Both the position numbers and the translations under genes were made by a program. Positions 49,854 to 61,300 of a stretch of 64,000 nt of DNA are shown in pieces. Under the pieces are notes generated by a model that was given only the letters and a program-made list of their open reading frames with translations, was not told the DNA's origin and did no database searches. How positions within the stretch are numbered: the stretch's first letter is position 1; every line of letters starts with the position of its first letter. The stretch is from Flaccisagitta enflata (taxonomy: Eukaryota), in the NCBI GenBank assembly GCA_965153355.1, contig OZ231126.1:19654001-19718000 (forward strand), given 5' to 3'.

Positions 49854-52800
49854 ATGGCGGTTGTGGGACCGGAAGCGGCCGTGGAAGCGTCTGCTGCAGC
49901 CGCTGCTGCGCTTCCCGACGACATCGCGACCAAAGTGTCTCAGTGCAAGATTTTAGTCGTAGGCGCTGGTGGTATTGGATGCGAATTGCTCAAGAATCTC
50001 GTTCTCACAGGCTTCACAAATTTAGAGGTACATAGCAGTCGCGTCGCGTCTTATAATAGAAAATCTTTGATTTCCTGAACTTTTAATCATAGTTAATCTC
50101 AATACTTTATTAAGCTATATCTTGATTTAAAAAGCAAAAATGAAAAATCGCTCTGGTGACGCTACTTGTATTACTGTAAACATTTTTCCTCTATCTTTAA
50201 AATGTCTATAATCTAATTGGTTAGAGTTGTAGGTGGGGGTGCTACAGTTTTCAGGGGGTTCACATCTTATATTAACCTTATCTCTGTATTAGGGTTCCGA
50301 TCCTTGCGTGGTCGATCTGCATAACTGCCGAGAATTTCGATAGGCCGAGCGCCCCCTATTGTACGCCTAGCGTATGGAAATCTACCATTTCACAGAGTGG
50401 CAACAACTGCGACAACAACAACCCGATTGTCAAAAACTTCTCTTTTGGTATGCGAACACGGAAATACTCCAGAGATTTAAAACATTTTCACATTTCCTTG
50501 TACAGGTGATCGATTTAGACACGATCGACGTCTCCAATCTGAATCGTCAGTTTCTTTTCCACAAAGAACATGTGGGCAAATCCAAATCACAAGTGGCTCG
50601 CGAAAGCGCTTTAGTTTTCAATCCAGACGCCAAGATTATCGCCCATCATGACAGCGTCATGAACCCAGAGTATAGGTGAGTGTGTGTAACTGGCTGGTAT
50701 TCCCGACTCCGAGTGACCGACTGACAAAGATTCCCACCGAGACTGACTTAATGCGCCATCGTAGATTCTGAAATTCCTACTAAACCGGAGTATCAATTCA
50801 TGTGATTTTTCCATTCATTGTTCCCTTTCCATCCCAACTTTTCTTCTCTCTCGCAGCATGAATTATTTCAAAGGGTTTGATATGGTGATGAACGCGCTGG
50901 ACAACCGCGCAGCTCGAAATCACGTGAATCGAATGTGTTTGGCTGCCGACGTCCCGCTTATCGAGAGTGGGACCGCAGGATATCTGGGACAAGTCACTCT
51001 TATTAAGAAAGGTAAGAGATTTTCATCTTTATCGCGAATCTCTAAGTCATCTCAGTTTCCCTGTACAGGCGGGTTTCCATCAAGGGGGCGATTGCACTTA
51101 ATTGCACTAAGCTGGCTCTGATATGTGACTGTTCAACTTTAAACCCCACTCATTTTACACAGGTCAGACGGAATGTTACGAGTGCGTGCAAAAGCCACGC
51201 CAGAAGACGTTCCCCGGGTGTACGATCCGCAACACGCCCTCGGAGCCGATCCACTGCATCGTCTGGGCCAAGCATCTCTTCAATCAACTCTTTGGCGAGG
51301 AGGATCCGGATCAAGACGTCTCCCCTGATACGGAAGATCCCGAACTCGCGGGACAGGCGGGTACGTGTGTCAATGTGGCGACTTCTTTGGTTTTAACTAT
51401 GTAATCCAAGCTAAGTAAAAAGTACAAAATTTGCAGACGAGTACCATACCATTTTCTTCGTCTCTCTCAAGTCTTTTTCTCACCTCCAGGCGAGAGCGCC
51501 AACGCCAAGGAAACCTTGGAACGTAAATCGACGCGACTCTGGGCCAGTGAAATTGACTTCGACGCAGAAAAGCTCTTAGCCAAATTCTTTGCAGAGGACA
51601 TCAAATACTTACTATCAATGGAAAATCTGTGGAAGAAGAGGAAACCGCCCACTCCGTTAGAACCCGAAGTACTTTGATGAGTGATGTTCTACGTTTATGC
51701 GAATGAGGTTAAGCTGTCATACAAACGCGTCACTGAAGATTTTAAGCGCTTTTGATCGTCAAATTTCCCCTCTGTCTGAAACTATGTTCTGCAAGGTGTC
51801 AGAAAGTTTTGCGCGAGTTTGTAACAGCGATTGATTTCCCTTCCTTGAAATGAGACATTTTATACACACAGTGGAACCCCGCAATAAAAGCCTCGCTTTT
51901 AAAGGTTCCCCATCAATAAAGGTCAACATTTTGAGGTCTCAAAATCTTTAATGTGATTTCACTTATTTTTAAAGGTTATCCTGAGATAAAGGTGAAAAAT
52001 CTTCAGTCCCAATGGGACCGATGAGGCGGGGTCCTACTGTAAATGTCTTTCCCTTCCTTGCCTCCTAGACAATTTCTGGTGGTTTGAAGACGACCGCGAT
52101 CGCGTCTGGTGTGAGCAGAGATCAAGTCACGTGGACACTCGAACAATGCATCAAAGTATTCGCTGAAAGCGTCGACAACCTCAAAGCGGATCTAAAAAGT
52201 AGAGGTGATTACCGACCGTGAATGACTCTCGATTGGATCTTATTGGTGCTGTTCTCATCGATGACGATATCGATGATAACGCTCTCTAGGATGACGATGA
52301 TAACGCGCTCTCTCTAGGATAGTTTTAGATGAGTACTAAATCTATAACGGTGCTGTCTGTACATTTGCTAGGACAAGGGAGTTCATAGGGTGATTAGGAC
52401 GTTTAATGCAGATTGAATCGTTTACCCCATGTCACAACCCGTAAGCCTAAATATTCCTTGTCGGTTGTCAGGTGATGGAGGTATGTTAGTATGGGACAAA
52501 GACGACGCCCCCGCCATGGACTTCGTTTGCGCCGCCGCCAACATTCGAGCACAAATATTCTCCATCGCCACCAATTCGCGATTTCAGGTGCGTAAATTGT
52601 GTTTGAAATGAAAACGAAGAAAAACAATTTTACGCCATATACTTTGAAAAATAAGAGATATGGTAAATTAGAACATTGTTAAGGACCAATTTTTTATTGT
52701 CATCTAGGTGAAATCCATGGCCGGCAACATCATCCCAGCCATTGCCACTACCAACGCCATCATCGCCGGTGTCATCGTCATGCATGGATTACTCGTATTG

Positions 52801-54610
52801 CAAGATCAAATGGACAAATGCAACACCATTTACCTGAATAGGTCAGCGTCAATTTCAGTGTTTTCTGCCGTACAAAACTCCTGCTTGCTTACATCTTTCT
52901 TCATCAGAAACAAGGAAAAAAATAATGAATAACCCGTCACTCGTTCATTCATCGAGCATGATGATATGATGTGGTTTATAAAACAAACTGAGCAATCTCT
53001 TTGTCCCCTTCCTCACAGGCAACCCAATCATCGTAAGAGACTCTTAGTTCCCTCTGAGTTGGTTAAGCCCAATCCGAAATGTTACGTTTGTTCGGCCAAA
53101 CCGGAAGTCAATCTCCGCGTCAATATCGAGAAGATGACCGTCGGCGCCTTCGAGGAGAAAGTGTTGAAGGGACGATTCGGCATGGTGGCTCCAGACGCCG
53201 AAATTGACGATGGCAAAGGAACCATTCTCATTTCCAGCGAGGAAGGTAAGTGGTTGATACGTATTCACCTACAGTCCTACACAAACAAAATAAATTTGTA
53301 CTTACAATGATCGAAGGATCGTCGTTGCGCTCATCTCTCTCGTTACTCGTGTTGTCGGTCAACTTTACCCCTTGGCCCTCACTGAACGACACTGGATCAC
53401 GCAATTTCTCAACCACTCCCGTCCTCCATCTCCTAGGCGAGACGGAAGGGAACATGTCGAAGCCCTTGTCCGCGTTCATCACCACCGCCGCGACTTGCTT
53501 CAAAGCGGACGACTTCCTTCAAAACTACAGTCTTAACGTTTGGCTGCATCACACCGAAGACTTGGAAGATGGCAAAGACTTTGAACTTATCGGCGATGTG
53601 ACCGAGGGCGATCTCAAACCGAAAGAGGTGTGTATGATAGTCCCTGTTTATATCCTATTTCAGTATTTACTATTTAACAGGGGTACGAAAGCTAAAAAGT
53701 TTTTAACCTTTTTTAACTTTTTTTAACTTTTTACAACTTAAGTTAAAAAAGTTAAAAAATAAAAAAGTTAAAAAAGGTTAAAAAGTTAAAATGTTAAATT
53801 AAAAAGTTAAAAATATTAAAAAAGTTAAAAAAAAGGTTAAAAAGTTAAAATAAAAAACTTTGATAGCCCATGGTTTTAGTCAGTCTTTTTTTTTGCAGTT
53901 TTTAATATTTTTTAACTTTTTACATTTTTTTTTTTTCATTTTTTAACTTTTTATTTTTAACTTTTAATTTTAATATTTTTTAACATTTTTTAACTTTTTT
54001 TAACATTTTTTAACTTTTTAACCTTTTTTAACCTTTTTTAACTTTTTTTAACTTTTTACAACTTTTAAAAAAGTGGTTAAAAAGTTAAAAAGTTAAAAAA
54101 AGTTAAAAAATTTTTAGCTTTCGTACCCCTGATTTAAGCTATCTTCAGCGGTTTTCCGTTGTCATTTATTTCATGCTTTTGACTCAATTTGATAGGAGGC
54201 GAAAAACGGAGAGGCAACGAACGGATCTGACAATGCTTCAAATGGCGCCAACGGTGACGCCGGTGCAGTCATTGAAGACGACGACGATCTTATTTGTACC
54301 GACGACGAACCCGCCGCACCTCCATCTCCAAGGTTACTCGCTTACTTGTTTCTTGTCATTATTGTGATAAGCAGCTGTTGGTCTTCTCATTTTCTTCACT
54401 GCGTTGTCATCAGTGAATATGTTAAGGTAATATGTTTAAAGGTAATTTCAATAAAACAAAGTTCAAGAAATATTCTTTCCTTCCCTTGTGCATTACAGAG
54501 GAAAGAAGAGAACCGCATCGGAAGAGGAAACGGTCGAGCCGCTGGCCAAGAAGAAAGCCAGGAAGTCGGTGGATCCCGATGTCGAAGAAGTCGAGATGAT
54601 CACGCTTTAA
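49854..54610 (+). CDS. UBA2: SUMO-activating enzyme subunit 2, about 12 exons
   Basis: [50 protein letters not shown], catalytic [45 protein letters not shown]-terminal basic NLS and VEMITL*. Confidence 0.96.
51869..52039. mobile_element. pogo/Tigger-type MITE
   Basis: CAGTGGAACCCCGC / GCGGGGTCCTACTG imperfect TIRs. Confidence 0.65.
53678..54131. mobile_element. hAT-like MITE filled with AAAAGTT/AACTTTT repeats
   Basis: TIR CAGGGGTACGAAAGCTAAAAA / TTTTTAGCTTTCGTACCCCTG; ATTTAA on both flanks. Confidence 0.8.
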
Positions 54611-55344
54611 ACATTGCATCGATATTTCGACTTTCAATCTTGCTCTGTTTTATTTATCCATCATTGGACTCATTTTTACGTTGCGCAAGACATCTACTTC
54701 AATATCCATTTTCTCCAACTGTGATGGGAGCCCTACGTGGTCATTTTCCCGCTCGTGAGATACAATTGACAATTCATCGAAAATTGGAAATCTCAAACTT
54801 CGTATTGTTTCACTTCAACGTTCGCATTCCAGTCTCTTTACCTCGGCGTACGACGGCCCACGATGAGCTCACTGAAGGCAGATAAGCTGATTATGATATG
54901 ACGCTTTCATCTATCGCCATAGATAACTACGAAAGATGTGGCTTCGATTATCCATTAGGTGATCATTTATTATTGTCCCCTCTTAGAGTTACACTGTCAG
55001 TAGCTTTTCAGTTGACTCTCAAAATCCTGGCAGCGATTCTATCTGGTTTTCATCAAGGGAGGGAAGGGGGAATTATTGGAAATATAATTGAGATTTCAGA
55101 ATTTCGTTTTATGTATCATTTGCGCCTCATAATATCTCGTTGTTCAACCTTTTTCTCGTCGTTCCGTCGTTATTCATTTACAAAAGTTGTATTTTTCCGT
55201 GGCCATATATTTTACTCTACCTTCTCCATACCAGCCAGAGATTACAACCGCATTTCCATGAGTCCACCACGCTAAATACGTAACCACATTTTGACAAAGT
55301 TTATCTCTTCACGGGAACGTGAGTGGAGCTCGCGCGCCGGCGAG

Positions 55345-58300
55345 ATGGTGAACGAGGCCGCGCGCGTGCGCACTCCGGGGGCGCAGCGTCGGAAACGTAA
55401 TCCTGGCGTTGGGGGAACGGCACCTCCGGAAGTACGCGATCCCGTAGAAGTGATGTGTCGCGTGCGTCCGCTACCACAAGGCCAGGAAGACACGTGCATC
55501 GCCGTTCTTAATGAGCAGACGCTTCGTTTAACGCCGCCGGAACAATCCCGCGCTTATCTTAACAGGTAAAAACCGTCATTCTTTAAAACCTCCTAGAGAT
55601 ATGCGCGGCCGTTGACAATCTGTTCGTGAATTTCAAGTGATCTTCTAACAAAGCGGCCGTTCGCATGTAATTGACCTATGTACCTAATTTCCTTTTTTTG
55701 TCCGCGACGGAATATCATTCCGACGCGGACTATAATTCAAGGCGGGTGGGTGTCGTCGTCGTTGTCGTTGTCGTTGTCGTCGTCGTCGTCGTCCCGGATT
55801 TTAAAAAATGGATAACTTTTTTATGCTTTGACCGATTTGGTTCATATTTGGTGGGAAGTTGTACTAGGGTAAGGCGCTTTACATCCTATCCGATTTTTGT
55901 GATCCGACCAACCCAACCGGCCCAACCAGCCTACCGGCCTAAAAGTGAAAAACGTGCATAACTTTGGCATTTTTCAACCAATTTAGCTGAAATTTGGTAT
56001 GGAGTCTCTAAATGGAAGGCCTCAACATATGTATATGATTTATATGCATTTGAGCATGCTAACCGGCCAAACCGACCTACCACCCAACCAGCCAACCCGC
56101 CTAAAAGTGAAAAACTTGCATAACTTTGTCATTTTTCAACCAATTTGGTTGAAACTTAGCATGGGGTCTCTAAATGGAAGAACTCAACATATGCACACTA
56201 TTAAACCAAACCAGCCTACCACCCAACCACCCTACTAGCCTAAGAGTGAAAAATGTGCATAACTTTGCTATTTTTCAACGGATTTGCATGAAACTTTGTA
56301 TGGAGGCTTTAAATGTAAAGACTTATAGTTTTAGGGAACTTACAGGGTTAGCGATCTTTTGGTCATAGCGATCTTATGGAATTGGTGATCTTTAACCCCC
56401 CTCCGTCGCGGACCCAGATACTGTTCAGATTTTTTTTTTTATACCATCTCGGTCAAAAATATCGTCTCAGTAAAAAATGAAGTTATTTGTTGCTATTATT
56501 TTTTGCAATAAATTTAATTTTTTTGTAGTAATGTTTTGTCTAGGTTTTCTAGGTATTAGATATCTGTAATTATTTGGGAAGACATAGATGAAGGATTTTT
56601 AATCAATTTTGTACAACAAGTCCTTTGATTTTCATAGAATTTTTTTTCATTGGTATTTTCAAACTAAAGTATATTCATTTTTATATAAAACCCAAACGGT
56701 TTGAGCTAAAAAAATCTCCTTGGTGTCATTAGGCAGATTTTTTGAAGCTCTTTCTAATGGTCACCTATTTATATATGATTTTATCATGATAAGCCCCCCC
56801 AAAAAACAAAAATAAACAGGTTAATATTTTTTCCCTTATTTTTTGCATATTTTCTGTTCTTTGTTGAAGTGAATGTTTTCACTCTTTTAGCTCTAAAATC
56901 TAAACGAATTGAGCTACTGAACTCTGCTTGGTGGCATTTTGAAGATTTTTTCAAGCTCTTTCCAATGGTCACTGATTTCAATATGTTTTTTTAAGTAGTT
57001 TTATCTCAAATAAGCTATAGAGGTGAGACGATATTTTTGACCAAGATGGTACACTCAAGCTGAGGTGGGTTAATACTCAAGTTGATTTATTATCGGCAAT
57101 AAAAGATCAAAATGCCGCGATTCAATTTACAATTGTAATCAAGTAACAACATGATCAATAAACATTATTCAACCTCATAAACCGAGCATTCATCATCTTC
57201 CGCGATCAAGTTTTCTTCTTTTCTCTGCCCCGCTTTGCCGATGCTGTCCCCACGAAGTTTTCTTCTCCTAACTTTGTGAAATTGTCGATGGACTGCTAAC
57301 CAATCCTTTGCATAGCACTCTTGACTGCAGTAGAAAGCCCGTGGTGAAATGCCATCGCGGCGACATTGTTCGCAGCAAAGGAAGGGCGCCGCGGCGTCTT
57401 CGTGTTGATGGTTTTCGTTTTCTCCGTTGGTTCCATTCTCCTTTCTCTTGCAATCGAACGCGCTGCAATTTCGACGGCGACGCCGCAGCTGTGAATGACG
57501 ACAACAACAGCAACGCCGCCCTTGGGACTGGAGATTTTCCCCGACCCCGATGCTGTCATCCTCGCTGTCCAAATCATCTCCAACGAGGAAGACTTGATCA
57601 GCCGCTGCCCCCTCATCATCATCTTCCTCCTTTACCTGAGCACATTCTTGCAAAAGTGACCCGCGTTTCGTTACCTCGCCGATACCCTCCTTCTTCCTCG
57701 CATCGTGGCATCGATAGTGCACGAGTTTCCAATCATCCAAGAAGCAGTCTTCGCTGCAGTAAAAATTCCGCGGAGGTATGTGGTCGGCTTGACACTGGAA
57801 GCAGCATCGGAACGTCCCCGGTGCCGATTCCCGTTTCGTGCACACTGATGAGGAGCAATACCGAAGGCGATGAGACAGTTCAAAGATCACATTCGGCCGT
57901 GGCTTCTCTATAATCGACAATGCGTCGGCAAACTTGGCGGTCGCGGCGTCGATTGCTTCAAATAGTGGTTCAACCTCAACTCGTCCCGAAGCGTGTTCCA
58001 CGAACCAAAGTGCTCTCTTTATCCATGGCAACTTTTCTCGCGCTTTCTTCAAAAAGAGGAGCAATTCTATCTCTGTTCTTTTGCCCGCAGTGGAGAGTTC
58101 GGCGATGGTCGCCTCACCAGCTCGGACGCAATCGGCGCATCGTTGCCCATCCTCGGCTACCGGTAATTGAGTCATATTGCGATGAGGGTCACATCGCGGG
58201 ACTTGGTGCTTCATCGCGTAAGAGATTTTCTTGGTCATTTCTTGATAAAAGGACTTTATTGTTGCGTGAATTTGCTTGGCACCAGCGATAACGTCATCGC

Positions 58301-61300
58301 GCGACGCTCTCGTGGCTTCTCTCTCTTCAGCTGTGAGAACTGCGCCGACAGTTTTGTTGGCATCGAAGAACTGATCCAATCGCTCATTCATGAACTTGAA
58401 GCAGAATTCCTTCCACTCGACCAACCTCTGATTCTTCAGGAGAAAATTTTCGTACTCGCGTCTGAAATTTCCCGCATTCTGGGCCAGCGAAGCGATTTTC
58501 TCACTTATGAGAGTGGCGAATTTCGCGGCTTCGTCTGACCGCTGTTTTCTATCGCGGAAGTTATGTTTGTCCACCGATAAGTCGTCGTTTACTAGCCTTC
58601 CTAACCAGTCGCAATGTGAGTCGTTAGCTTTTTCCGCTTCTTCCTTGGCGTTGACGGTAACATACCACACGTCGCGGAGTCGTTTGAGATCGTCGACGGT
58701 ATCGCCTCCGGCACGATCACGCTCCGCCTTCTTAAACTCCGCTGTGGCCGCTTTCAAAGCTGATCTCCAGTATTTGACACTGTCGAACCATTGCCTTGCC
58801 TTCGAATTTGCATGGGTGATGATGAGGTTTTTTAGTTGTATTTCAAGCGTGAACATCTCTATGAAGGACTTATCAAGCTTCTCGTACATTTTATCCATGC
58901 ACCTGGTCTGCTCATTGAATGAGGCTTTTATGAACTCCTCCTTCGATCCTAGTTCAGTTACGGCCAATAGATCTTCCTCCGCCGTCGCTAATTTGGATGA
59001 TTTGAAGGAAGTTTCCGCCTCTTGCCTGCACGGAGCTTTCGATCCTGGATGGGAATGGTTGCCAGCACCCTCTGTCCGAACCTCATTCGAAGTGGGGTCG
59101 CGATCGTGGTTTGCTGATTGGAACTCATCGTCGATCACAGTCGGCGACATTGACGATGGTTCATGCTGCATGGATGAATCTTGCTCACGTTGCTCCTTGG
59201 GTTTTTCTTTCGCAAACAGCTTGTTGTGGAGTGACTCCATAATTTTGTAAGCAAGAGTCATGTCGTCGACGCATCTGGCGTAGGTTTGATAATGATCTAG
59301 GCCAAATGTTGTGTACTGCCACGTTGGCTCGTCGCGGTTTTTCGTGATAAATGAGTGCCTATCGGAACTTGCCATCCATTGCTCGAACTGCTTTCGATCA
59401 GAGGCAGTCGCGGTTACCGGCTCGTTCAATTTGGTAGATGAGTTTGAGGTAGTTGTAGGCGATGTGCCGTTCGATGCGGCTGACATTTCAGAAGTCCTTC
59501 CTGGGGCTGACTTGAGGCTACAAATGTCGGGCGGGAGTAAAAAAAAGAAGAAAAAATGATATTTGATTAAATGGATTAGGGAATGAGTAGGAATTGAGAA
59601 AACGTCAATGTCGTTTTTGATCAATGGTTAGGATAATGACAATCGTGATTATGACATCAATGACGAAGATGATGGTTATGATGAAAACAATTAGTCATGG
59701 TCATGGGTAGACTTAGACTCGAAAATTTTCCTAGGTCAGTCAGTAGCTCAATCTTTTGCATGGACCTGCTCAGCGCTTTCAATAATGTACGTTTCAAATT
59801 TCAAGGTTCTGGCTCAAATACTTTAAAAGTTATGAGCACTTGTTTGAACCATATCAAACTAGAAAAATTCCAGGAGAATCTCTAAACTTTCTTTTGAAAT
59901 ATGGCCGACACAAAAAAGTGAAATTACAAAATTTTGGATCTAGGCGAATCAAGCAATTTCCTATCAAATAAACCCCACTTTTTTTTTTTGAAAAAAAAAA
60001 TCCTCATTAAGGGCTTTTTGGGGCCCCTAGGGGCCCCTAAGAAGTTCAATATTTTGGTCAATGAGATCAACAGAGTTATGTGCATATGCCAAGGTATCAT
60101 TCAGGAACAAATTCAAGCAGATTAGTTCAAGCTAGAGTTCATGCCGTTACTACCTTCGGACCGGCCGCATATAAAAGAGAAATAAGAATTTTCACAAGGA
60201 CTTAGATTTAGGATCTGAGGTCAATATCTATCATGGGATGATGGTATTTATGACAGAAATGGCGATGACGTTAAGAAATGTAAACTGGGTTATCTAACGT
60301 GACCGGGGGAGTAGAGACGGCGGCAAAGAAGACATATCAATGGCAGTAAATAGTAAGCAGTACCCGTGCCCTGCTCAAGTGGTTTGTGATTTTATTGAGG
60401 GGGGAGCAGGGCAGTGGCCCCAAAGGAGGCAGTCATGTAGAATTCGGGGGCTGGGGGTAATCTGTCCATCCATCCGTTTGTCCATCCATCCTCAAGTCTC
60501 AAAGAGTTGGGTGTCTTCAATTAAAACTGCAAATTTTCCATGGAAAATTGACAAAAAAATGAAACTCAACAAAATGCATGGAATAACATGGAAAATTCAC
60601 CAAATTATTAAACTATGCGATATTCCCAGTGTATAAGGTTGAAAATTTGCCAAATCATTGAGATAAATGCCAAATTCCCACTGAATAACATAGAAAATTG
60701 ACAAGAAAATTTTTATTAGTTGCAAAAGCGATACCCGATGCCCTAATATTAGTGTATGTGAGGATGAGACGATAAGAGGGGCAGCAGCGCCGGAAGGGCT
60801 GATAACCTATCATATCGATTAATCATTACCGTTTTTTAATCAGTGGTCTTTTTGCACTGTTTTTGGTCTAGGGAGAAAGGAATGGACTGAAAGAAGAAAT
60901 GAATAAAAACACATTTGGTCCAGCATGGTTGAATACCCTGAGGATTGTGAATTTGGGAAAGACGGATGATATCTGGTCATAGATATATATGGCCCGCAAA
61001 ATAAGTGTGATTGGTCTGAAGATAGCTATGCCATGGTACTGCGGCTGTAGTAAATTGTCGCTTGCTGACAGTTTGTCAATCTTGCTTGCTGACAGTTTGT
61101 CACTCTTACGTGTAGCAGATGTGTTATAAGCCTTTTTAACGGCTTTGCCTTTCCAAAAAAATTGCGAGATGTATTGATTTGGATTCCGCGAACCATAGCG
61201 AACAAATCCTGACGTCGAATATTTTTTTTCTGTTTTTACTAGTTTCTTTAATATTTTTTTTCTGTTTTTACAAGTTTCTTTTTTTATTTCAAATCTTGTT

